DNA of 32,000 bases from Candidatus Thorarchaeota archaeon (GCA_003345555.1 PRDJ01000018.1:1-32000); one strand, 5' to 3'; positions 8,706 to 16,555 are shown, counted from the stretch's first letter. Notes: generated by a model not told the origin, from the letters alone. Program-made: numbers and translations.

Positions 8706-10199
8706 TCACAAGAAATAGCTTCCGAACTCGTCAGCATACCTAGCGCTGTTTGGATGGGCCGTCTGAGTATCGAGCCCTCCAATCCCATCGAAGAGAGATT
8801 CTGCCTGCTTGACGTGTTCGGGCAAGACAAACTCCTCCTGATCACGTACTGCAAGGTCTCCCGCAATTCTGACTAGTCCACCGAGTTCGCGAAGCCTGAG
8901 CGTAAGTGCTCCCCTCTGCCCATCTAACCTGTACGCGAAATCCTCGGAAATTCTGAGGATCGACTCAACCGAGCTGGCTGTCAGATGGGGTATTCTACCA
9001 TCTTGTTCGACGGTTTGTGCGATGAACTGCACTGTTTTACTAACATTCTCTGTTGTCTTAGGCATGAATGTAGAGAGCATGATTTCATACCCGTAGCCTC
9101 TGATTCGTGAGCGCAGCGGCGGGAGTATGCTGGGCAAGTCTTCAGGATTGCAGGATGCAAACAGTAGAAAGTCACAGGGGACATCATCCACCCGTACAGC
9201 TGCGCCAGAACTCTGAGGATTATGTCCTGTTATCGGATATTTGCGGTCTTGCATCGCGGTTAGCAAGTGCTTCTGATGAGACCCCAGCGCAGCAATCTCG
9301 TCTACATACAATAAGCCCTCGTGTGCTTCGTGGATGGCCCCTGGAACCACTCTCCTGTAAGCAGGCACACCTAGGGCGTCTGCGCTGCCATAGGGGTCAT
9401 GTTTCACGTCTCCTAATAGCTCGACTTCATTTGCGCCCGTCACCCTAATGAATCGGGGACTGCCGAGCGAAACAAGGACATGTTCCTCGTTTTCGATGAG
9501 GGCTGCGGCTAAAGGGCTGTTCTTCTCAAGGCCTCTGAATACCTGTATCAAATCATGTCCAGCCCTTCTGTATTCTACCTGATGCATAATGTTGTCGACG
9601 TTCTCGCGGCATGTCACAGACATAAGAGCGCGTTCGCCTACGACGTCGAGAGCACGGAATAGGCCATGATACGAACCATCACCAAGCCAGTCACATCTCT
9701 TGGGACTGCCGCAGTCCACACAGGTACTCTGGCTCGGCGAAGAGAAGCTACCACATTTCGGGCACCTATAGCCCATCTTTGATGCGACTTCGAATGGCAT
9801 CTCCTCGGGCCGGATGTAGGTAGAATCAGGAGGGGCGCTCGCGTTTTCTCGTTGCCCCTGGTCGTCGTCAAGTCTTATGACCACAACACGAGGTCTGTCT
9901 GGACGGGATGGGTCGTGTCGGAGCCTTATCTCCTCTCTGGGTTTGGGAAGAAGAGTATAGGCCGCTTCTGCAAGCAGGGACTTCCCGATTCCGGGTGCTC
10001 CGCATAGAAGAACGTGCCTCCGTTGCATCACAGCTGAACGGACCACGGAAACTGCATGGTCTTGACCGATTATCCGCTCAAATGGATCTTTAGGGACGGT
10101 CACTTCTGCAGTGGTTTCCATTACACCCAAGACAGAAGCCAAGTTCGACGTCCTCGCACCTTTCGGTGCGCTAGTTTCCTTGGAGCAAAGTGATAACAC
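8706..10199 (-). CDS. LonB-type AAA+ ATPase lacking both the protease domain and the transmembrane insert, with a zinc-ribbon insert
   Basis: IIGQDHAV, Walker A GAPGIGKS, LLGDVKHDPY, GAIHEAHEGLLYVDEI (Walker B), PPLRSRI, LRLRELGG; ends about 40 aa after the AAA+ lid; CPKC-x10-CVDC insert; start could instead be ATG 10121. Confidence 0.85.
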   Translation of the reverse strand: MLSLCSKETSAPKGARTSNLASVLGVMETTAEVTVPKDPFERIIGQDHAVSVVRSAVMQRRHVLLCGAPGIGKSLLAEAAYTLLPKPREEIRLRHDPSRPDRPRVVVIRLDDDQGQRENASAPPDSTYIRPEEMPFEVASKMGYRCPKCGSFSSPSQSTCVDCGSPKRCDWLGDGSYHGLFRALDVVGERALMSVTCRENVDNIMHQVEYRRAGHDLIQVFRGLEKNSPLAAALIENEEHVLVSLGSPRFIRVTGANEVELLGDVKHDPYGSADALGVPAYRRVVPGAIHEAHEGLLYVDEIAALGSHQKHLLTAMQDRKYPITGHNPQSSGAAVRVDDVPCDFLLFASCNPEDLPSILPPLRSRIRGYGYEIMLSTFMPKTTENVSKTVQFIAQTVEQDGRIPHLTASSVESILRISEDFAYRLDGQRGALTLRLRELGGLVRIAGDLAVRDQEEFVLPEHVKQAESLFDGIGGLDTQTAHPNSARYADEFGSYFL

Positions 10200-10310
10200 T
10201 GTGTAATACGGGCGGCGAAACTTGGGGCGGACCAGTCTCGGGTCTGTTCGAACTAGTCTGATTCTAGACTGTGAATCCCTAGTGACGCACTCAATGTAGA
10301 GTCCGTGCGC

Positions 10311-10389
10311 GAGAGACGCGAAATATGAAACCGGAGAGACGTCGCTCTCGTGTTTTTCCTGAGAGACGAAATTCGGTCTTCTCTCCGGT
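10311..10389. repeat. Three GAGAGACG direct repeats overlapping a 10-bp inverted repeat
   Basis: GAGAGACG at 10311, 10334 and 10361; ACCGGAGAGA (10330-10339) is complementary to TCTCTCCGGT (10380-10389). Confidence 0.7.
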
Positions 10390-10431
10390 CTTCACTAGCA
10401 ATGTCGGAGTTGACATGAGCGGCTCCGGCAA

Positions 10432-11697
10432 CTAATGTTCGAAGTCACCAAAGGTAGCAATCTGAAGGCTGGCTGGTTTGCTCTCGATGTCTGCGACGGC
10501 TGCGCCGATAATGAGCCGCATCTGCTTTGTGGCGGCCATATCGACCAATCGCTGTGTCACGACACCATCAAACACAACAGCATCGACGCTGCTTTGCGAT
10601 TCTAGCGTTTTCGCGAGGTCTGCAACCCCACATTCCACCAGAACCTCCCTATTCTTGTTGAATAACACAGCTTTGAAAGACTCCTTGATTTGAGGTATCT
10701 TGGCGAGGAAAACTTGGTCGACTTGTGGTACGGCCCGCTGATGTCCTCTGTTTGGCCTCGGAGGCGCTTTCGGCGGTTCTACTTTCTTCTCCTCAGTTCG
10801 ATGCACTTCCTCTTTTCGGCTCTCCTCTTTTCTGGGTGGCCTTGGTGACCTCCTGAAAAATGACCTCTTCTTGGGCGGAGCGGCCGCTTTCGAGTCACTG
10901 ACAAGAGCTAATGCCTGTTCAGCCGGTATCTTAGTCTGCAGAGCCTTCAGGAGTTCTGGGCGCGCGAGTTCCTCCACTTCCTTGCCTTCCGGAGCTCGTG
11001 CGATATAATCCACTTTTGCGACCTGCATTAGTTCTCTGAGTATGAGGTCTCCTCCCCGGTCCCCATCAAGAAAAGCAACAATGGTCTTCCCGGACTTTCT
11101 GGTAAGTTCTGATACGGACTTAGGAACATGAGTTCCCTCAACAGCTACAGTGTTTTCGATACCGCTCTTCATGAGGTTAATGACATCTGCTCTACCCTCG
11201 ACGATGATTATCTCGTCGCTTTCAGTAAGCTCAGGTCCTGCAGGAAGGTTCTCAGGGCCGAACTTGGCTACGGTTTTCTTCTTGCCGGCGGTGACTGCAC
11301 TTGTAATCTCTTCTGTGCCAGGAGCGATTTCTTCTTCCCAACCCTTGAGGATGCTTATTGCTCTGCTAACGACCCTTCTGCGCTTTGCCCCTCTTATGTC
11401 CTCAAGCTTCTCAAGAGTGACTTTCGCAGTGCATGGACCGACTCTGTCTACAGTCTCAAGTGAGGCTGCTAACATCGCAGTAGCTGTCTTGTTCAATGAG
11501 ACCGGTATTACTATCTCTCCTTTGCTCATTCCACCCTCGGACTTGACAGCAATCTGAATTCTTCCTACTCGTCCTGTACGCTGAAGCTCACGAAGGTCGA
11601 GATCCTCGCCCAGAAGCCCCTCTGTCTGACCGAATATCGCTCCTACCACATCCGGCTTGTCAACGACTCCTTCAATCTCTATCTTTGCCCTTATCAC
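10432..11697 (-). CDS. dnaG: Archaeal DnaG (TOPRIM primase-like, exosome-associated)
   Basis: GVVDKPDVVGAIFGQTEGLLG, GRVGRI, IIVEGRADV, FLDGDRGG, C-terminal FDGVVTQRLVD; true start probably upstream (see findings). Confidence 0.95.
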   Translation of the reverse strand: MIRAKIEIEGVVDKPDVVGAIFGQTEGLLGEDLDLRELQRTGRVGRIQIAVKSEGGMSKGEIVIPVSLNKTATAMLAASLETVDRVGPCTAKVTLEKLEDIRGAKRRRVVSRAISILKGWEEEIAPGTEEITSAVTAGKKKTVAKFGPENLPAGPELTESDEIIIVEGRADVINLMKSGIENTVAVEGTHVPKSVSELTRKSGKTIVAFLDGDRGGDLILRELMQVAKVDYIARAPEGKEVEELARPELLKALQTKIPAEQALALVSDSKAAAPPKKRSFFRRSPRPPRKEESRKEEVHRTEEKKVEPPKAPPRPNRGHQRAVPQVDQVFLAKIPQIKESFKAVLFNKNREVLVECGVADLAKTLESQSSVDAVVFDGVVTQRLVDMAATKQMRLIIGAAVADIESKPASLQIATFGDFEH

Positions 11698-11760
11698 GTA
11701 CTTAGCAGTACTTTGGTCAAAATCTGTCCCTATTTCGATACACTTCTCCTATTCTCTACT

Positions 11761-12420
11761 GCCTAGTCCCCTCCTCTGATGAGTCTGGCAGTTCCGGCCA
11801 GCCGATGCCTCATTGACCTGAGATTCTCATTCAAGGTCTGCAGCGTATTGATACTTCAGCAGAGACTCTGAGTCCTGCCTTTACTTCCGTAAAGATGATT
11901 GAGACACAGATTGTGATTGGATGAGTGATAACGGTCGTAAGGCCCATTTGGCGAATTGTTGCCGGCTCAGGCTCCTATCAGAGCCAAGGGCCCACGGCGC
12001 ATATGATGTGATGATTTGATGATATGGAAAGCTGAAGCTAGTTCAGCACTACTTGAAGCAAGTTCCGAATGCATCGTATATGAACGTGTCGCTGGTGGAC
12101 ATGAGAACAGGCGACAAGCCTAATAGCCTTCTAGGCTATTATCTCAATGTTCAGCAGAAGCAACACCGTGGATTCTGTACAGAACCTCGGTTAGCGACTG
12201 TTTGAACAATGACCTGCCAAACACCATATGGACGAGCCACAACGGACCCGTATGATGTGGATGTTCATCCCAAGATGAATTCGGGTCACCTTGGTATCGT
12301 ATATTGGCAGGCGGGTCGATGCCACTCAAGGTCCTTGCACGAGGCAGCTCAGCTGAGCCGGACACACGGTCCGATGCCGTGAGGTTGGGTGTTTGTGTAA
12401 TCAGGGCACAGGCATCGGCC
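11761..12420. ncRNA. Candidate structured non-coding RNA region, family not identified
   Basis: About 750-nt gap with no credible ORF and at least nine stems including nested ones; no canonical RNase P or SRP signature recognised by eye. Confidence 0.3.
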
Positions 12421-12498
12421 ACCTTCTTCCATCTTCAAGTGCAACTCCTGAAACCACAGAACTGTTTAAGACACAGGATTTCGCCGCTACTTTAGTCC

Positions 12499-13416
12499 AT
12501 GACAAGTGTCGATCCACATCCTGACTTCGTTAGGGCCGGTCGCATTGCAGCTAGAGTGCTGTCAGAGGTAGTCGAGAAGGTCAAGCCGGGAGAGAAGATT
12601 CTAACTATATGTAATCTTGCTGAGAAGAAGATACTTGATTACGGCGGCGGGTCGGCAGGCATTGCTTTTCCATGCAACGTTTCACTGAATCAGCAAGCTG
12701 CACACTATACCAGTCCGTACGGAGACACGTCGGTGCTGCCTGAGAAAGGTCTTGTGAAAGTAGACCTAGGTGCTCAAGTCAATGGCCACATCTCAGACAC
12801 GGCAGTCACAGTCGACCTTGACGGTTCTTTCCAGCGGTTTGTGAGCGCGACAGAGGAAGCACTGGATGCTGCTATCGCCGCGATAAGACCTGGAATCAGC
12901 TTGGGTGATGTGGGGGCAATCATAGAGCGAGCGATAAGAAAGCACGGCCTAAGGCCAGTGCATCAGTTGTCAGGTCATCAGCTGAAACCATGGATCCTTC
13001 ATGCTGGCAAGAGCGTACCCAATGTCGGTGTAAGACACAGCGAACGAATCGAGGTGGGCGAGACATACGCTGTAGAGCCATTCTCAACAGATGGTGACGG
13101 CACCGTAAGGAATACCGAAGCTGCTTTCATCTTCTCTAATGTAATGAGCGAGAACCCGAAGGTTGATGGAAAGGCTCGAGAAGTGCTGAACAAGGCTCGT
13201 CAGAGATTCGGCACTCTTCCTTGGGCCTCCCGGTGGCTTCACGAGAGTTCCTTTGACGTTGTTCCAATCATTCGGGCGCTTGTCCGTATTGGAGCCGTTA
13301 GACAGTACCTTGTCCTTGTTGAAGGCAAGAACGGGATGGTTGCACAATCCGAGCACAGTCTATTCGTGAGTGATTATGGCGCCGTAGTAACGACTGCACG
13401 CAACAAACAGGATTGA
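12499..13416 (+). CDS. map: Type II methionine aminopeptidase, paralog 1
   Basis: FPCN..AAHYTSP, KVDLG..GHISDTA, GHQL, YAVEPF, QSEHS; all five metal ligands present. Confidence 0.93.
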   Translation: MTSVDPHPDFVRAGRIAARVLSEVVEKVKPGEKILTICNLAEKKILDYGGGSAGIAFPCNVSLNQQAAHYTSPYGDTSVLPEKGLVKVDLGAQVNGHISDTAVTVDLDGSFQRFVSATEEALDAAIAAIRPGISLGDVGAIIERAIRKHGLRPVHQLSGHQLKPWILHAGKSVPNVGVRHSERIEVGETYAVEPFSTDGDGTVRNTEAAFIFSNVMSENPKVDGKAREVLNKARQRFGTLPWASRWLHESSFDVVPIIRALVRIGAVRQYLVLVEGKNGMVAQSEHSLFVSDYGAVVTTARNKQD

Positions 13417-13520
13417 TGTCGTTTCCTCTTGTATCTTCAGGAATATCATAATGAGCCACCGAAGTTCGCTAATGAAACATCTTAAGAACTGGCGTCGAGG
13501 ACTGGAACGAGGTTATCCCT

Positions 13521-14417
13521 ATGGGTTTGGCTCCTCTGCCGGCTCAGCTTCAGGCGGGAAAGATTGCTTCTCGCGTCCTGAAGGAGACTGTAGATCAAGT
13601 CAAGCCGAGGGCAGGGATACTCAATCTCTGCAGACTTGCTGAAAAGAAGATCATAGAATATGGCGGCAGACCTGCTTTTCCATGCAATATATGTGTCGAC
13701 AATATCGCGGCGCATTACACGTCGCCTCGAGACGATCACTCCGTCATACCAGATTGCGGACTGGTGAAAGTTGACATCGGCGTTCATGTTGACGGGTATA
13801 TCATTGATACTGCAAGAACTATCGATATTGATGGCACTCTTGAGGGATTTGTGTCGGCCACTGATGATGCTCTTGGCGAGGCGATTAGCATGATTGCGCC
13901 CGGAACCCCCCTAAGTGAAGTGGGCGATAGGATTGAGAGGGTAATCAAGACCTATGGCTTAAGACCGGTTAAGGAACTCACGGGGCACAGCATATCGAGA
14001 TACACACTACACGCAGGAAAGACTGTGCCCAATCATAGGACTCACGGAAGCACGCAAGCAGAAGCTGGCGATTGCTATGCAATCGAACCATATGCAACAA
14101 GTGGGTCTGGCATATCAGAAACTAAGAATGCTTTCATCTTCTCAAACACAGGTCTTGACAAGACCCTTGAAGGCATGGCCGAGAAACTCAGACTGCATTT
14201 GAGAGAGAAATACGGGTCTCTTCCCTTTGCTTCCAGATGGGTACAAACCGGGACAAAGGAAATAGATGTATCGGGACTGCTTAGGGTTCTGTTGAGAAAT
14301 AGGGTCATCAGGGCCTACCCTGTCCTAGCAGAGAAGAAGGGACGACCCGTAGCTCAAAGCGAGCATACAATCTTCGTGTCGGAAAAGGGCGCCGTTGTAC
14401 TCAGTCAATCAAACTAG
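13521..14417 (+). CDS. map: Type II methionine aminopeptidase, paralog 2
   Basis: AFPCN..AAHYTSP, KVDIGVHVDGYIIDTA, GHSI, YAIEPY, QSEHT; all five metal ligands present. Confidence 0.93.
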   Translation: MGLAPLPAQLQAGKIASRVLKETVDQVKPRAGILNLCRLAEKKIIEYGGRPAFPCNICVDNIAAHYTSPRDDHSVIPDCGLVKVDIGVHVDGYIIDTARTIDIDGTLEGFVSATDDALGEAISMIAPGTPLSEVGDRIERVIKTYGLRPVKELTGHSISRYTLHAGKTVPNHRTHGSTQAEAGDCYAIEPYATSGSGISETKNAFIFSNTGLDKTLEGMAEKLRLHLREKYGSLPFASRWVQTGTKEIDVSGLLRVLLRNRVIRAYPVLAEKKGRPVAQSEHTIFVSEKGAVVLSQSN

Positions 14418-14788
14418 AAGTTGGACTTGGCTTTCGGTTCTTCCTCTTTGACAATGTAGACGCCCTCTATGGCTGTCAGAGAGCCGCACTTCGGGCACTT
14501 TGTTTCCAGAGGCTTCAGCACGAAATCCCCTTTCTTGAAGTCCCTGATTTCCTTGAAGTCACAAGCCGTGTTGCTGCATCTTATTTCCGTGATCGTGGGC
14601 GGAGGTGGTTTGTGTCCCTTTGGCTGTCCTCTTGCCGTGAGGAGATTGAAGCCGATTGAGATGATGAGAAGTCCGACGAACAACCAAATGAACGACTGAG
14701 GGTCGTTCATTGTCATGAATATGAGTGTTGCTCCCACTACTGAGATGAACAACCCAATTAGCCTAGAGAGTACGCTCATCGTTGACAC
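14414..14788 (-). CDS. Small membrane protein with two transmembrane helices and a C-terminal zinc ribbon
   Basis: Two hydrophobic N-terminal segments, PPPP linker, CSNTAC...FKKGDFVLK...CPKC; stop-start spacing of 1 nt with DUF1512. Confidence 0.75.
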   Translation of the reverse strand: MSTMSVLSRLIGLFISVVGATLIFMTMNDPQSFIWLFVGLLIISIGFNLLTARGQPKGHKPPPPTITEIRCSNTACDFKEIRDFKKGDFVLKPLETKCPKCGSLTAIEGVYIVKEEEPKAKSNF

Positions 14789-14789
14789 C

Positions 14790-15914
14790 TCAGAGACCGA
14801 TTCCCATTGTATTCCCGATTCCCGCGAGCACGATTTTGTCTCCGGGCTTGGTGCGTTTGAGTATAGCCTCCCTGATGCGGTCGATTACATCAGGGATAGC
14901 CTCGAGGACTTTCTTCTGCATTACTCCGACCGCCGCGGCTTCATCCTCCTTGACGACAAAGGCTTCGAGGGCAATGCCATTCTGGGTGGCCGTTTCTTCT
15001 ATCGCGTGTTTCTCTGGACCCGGATCTCCTATCGCCGCTCCAGTGCCCTCCGAGACTCGTCCGAGATCCTCGCCCTCAAGTTTCAAAGCCGCATCTACTG
15101 TGATTATGCGCGTGATTCCCCCGCTATTCTGCTCTACGAGCGTCTTCACGGCGAAACCCGGCTTGCCCACTGTGCCTCCGGGGCCGGTAGCACGCAGAGC
15201 ATACACAGTTCTTCCCTCTACTTGTACGGGGTAGTAGCCGACTTCGCGCCCAATCTCGTTCACGTAGGCGTCAGGGCCCGCTCCGTATTTCCTAGCAAAC
15301 TTGGTTACCACAAGTGGCCCAATGCCGTCACCGATGGGCTTTCCATCGGAGAATGCTTCGACAGAGTCGTAATATGCCTTGGCCATCCTCAATAGATCTG
15401 GCATCTGCATCTGTATCTGCATTATCATAATCTGGCTCCCTGTCTTCTTGCCGAGAAGATAGAAGTGCCTAACAACCCTGAATATCAGTGACAGAACCTG
15501 AGTTACTTCCATGGTGTTCTCCAGGTTCTGGTACGTACTCGTGGTTGCATTGGGGGCCAGCTCTCTCACGAATTCCTGAAACCTGTCTCTTCTATCATCT
15601 AGCAGGTGGTCAAGACGCTTGAGGACTCCTGCTGGATCCAAGTCAACCGGCATGATTGTGAAGAAGTCAAGCCAGCGGTCAATACCTTTGGTGACATCTG
15701 CTTCACTCTTGCCGTATTGCTTGAACGTAGCAATGGCGGAATCTCTGGAATCAATGGACATCTCCTTGAGCTCGATCAGTCCCGACTCAATCTGTTTCAG
15801 CCACTGCCACATTTGGAATTTTGCACCGTAGAGGCTGAATATCAAGATGAAAGCATAGAATGCTATGTTTAGTAGCCAGCTGAACTGGCTAAGATCCACG
15901 CCACCTAGCTGCAT
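14790..15914 (-). CDS. DUF1512 family protein (N-terminal membrane anchor, helical region, C-terminal alpha/beta domain)
   Basis: PVDLDPAGV, VVRHFYLLGKKT, PIGDGIGPLV, GPGGTVG, IITVDAALKLEGE, GAAIGDPGPEK, GIGNTMGI recalled as DUF1512 motifs; map neighbourhood is consistent. Confidence 0.82.
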   Translation of the reverse strand: MQLGGVDLSQFSWLLNIAFYAFILIFSLYGAKFQMWQWLKQIESGLIELKEMSIDSRDSAIATFKQYGKSEADVTKGIDRWLDFFTIMPVDLDPAGVLKRLDHLLDDRRDRFQEFVRELAPNATTSTYQNLENTMEVTQVLSLIFRVVRHFYLLGKKTGSQIMIMQIQMQMPDLLRMAKAYYDSVEAFSDGKPIGDGIGPLVVTKFARKYGAGPDAYVNEIGREVGYYPVQVEGRTVYALRATGPGGTVGKPGFAVKTLVEQNSGGITRIITVDAALKLEGEDLGRVSEGTGAAIGDPGPEKHAIEETATQNGIALEAFVVKEDEAAAVGVMQKKVLEAIPDVIDRIREAILKRTKPGDKIVLAGIGNTMGIGL

Positions 15915-16023
15915 TTACATCACCGGCAAGACCCATGGTAGCTCTTTAATAGTTTCTATCTGTGAAATAATGAAAACATCACCATACGCAACGAGTCGAG
16001 GCACCAAGTCTGTGAAGAGAGAA

Positions 16024-16142
16024 TGTGGCAGCTGATAGGCCTGTCACGGGCTCGCGCACCGCACATGTCCTATCACGATAGTTGGCTTAACTTCGGAGAT
16101 CGGAACGGGATCCGGTGAACCCAGCTATCTGTGGCCGCCATC
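16024..16142 (-). rRNA. rrf: 5S rRNA
   Basis: Minus strand reads GATGGCGGCCACAG...CACCGGATCCCGTTCCGATCTCCGAAGTTAAGCC...GCTGCCAC; helix I TGGCGGC/GCTGCCA; about 119 nt; ends uncertain by 2 nt. Confidence 0.93.
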
Positions 16143-16165
16143 GAGCCGTTTCTCGTTGGTTCTTG

Positions 16166-16172
16166 TTTTAAA
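16166..16172 (-). promoter_or_regulatory. TATA box of the 5S rRNA gene
   Basis: TTTAAAA about 24 nt upstream of the 5S 5' end. Confidence 0.65.
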
Positions 16173-16372
16173 CGTTGCTCTCCGACTGTATGCAAGTCTA
16201 TTAGGCAATAGCAGTAAGCACCAAGAACACAGCACAGAGTCCAGCCGTTGGCCGCCTCACTTCTTGTATCAGCTGACAGGCGACGGCTACTGTTGCTTGG
16301 GATTATGAAAAGGCTCTTCCTATGTGAGCAGTCTCCTTCTCGCTATTGAAGAAGGACCAGAAGTGGTGGAAC

Positions 16373-16512
16373 TGGTGGGGACGCAGGGATTCTCCCGCAG
16401 CCGCGCAATGCGACTACGCTTTGAACCCTGGATCGACGAGTTTCACTTCTTTATGACCCCTTGGTTCATAAGATCTGGAGCCCGTTGCCTTTCCGGTCTG
16501 GGCCACGTCCCC
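16373..16512 (-). tRNA. trnW: tRNA-Trp(CCA) with two introns (33 nt at 37/38, 16442-16474; 30 nt at 59/60, 16390-16419) and encoded CCA
   Basis: Acceptor GGGGACG/CGTCCCC plus ACCA, D arm GCC/GGC, anticodon stem ACGGG/CTCGT with loop CT-CCA-G|A, T stem CAGGG/CCCTG with loop TTCAAA|T; removing both inserts gives a standard 77-nt cloverleaf. Confidence 0.92.
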
Positions 16513-16555
16513 GGGTTTGTTCCATCGTACGGCTCGGAGATTCGTTATTGATTTA

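Noticed and set aside
10240-10279. T-arm-like GTTCGAA...TCCC with an internal hairpin
   Set aside because: No T-stem pairing (GTCTG versus CCCTA) and no acceptor or anticodon arms
11776-11806. Hammerhead-like CTGATGA followed by a CTGG/CCAG stem
   Set aside because: The required GAAA after stem II is absent (reads CGATG) and no stem I/III cleavage triplet is evident
12003-12056. Repeated C-box-like TGATGA (12009, 12017) with CTGA at 12032
   Set aside because: Spacing does not give a convincing C-D'-C'-D layout with 10-12 nt guides
12164-12340. RNase P-like words (ACAGAA.CCACGG, GTGCAAGGAC)
   Set aside because: They occur in the wrong order or on opposite strands, the first comes from a palindrome, and the CR-I motif is missing
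12144-12495. ORFs 12144..12422(-) and 12304..12495(+), and possible TGA (Sec) read-through in this gap
   Set aside because: No recognisable motifs; the plus-strand frame that might read through a TGA begins with two consecutive TGA stops and gives no selenoprotein-like sequence
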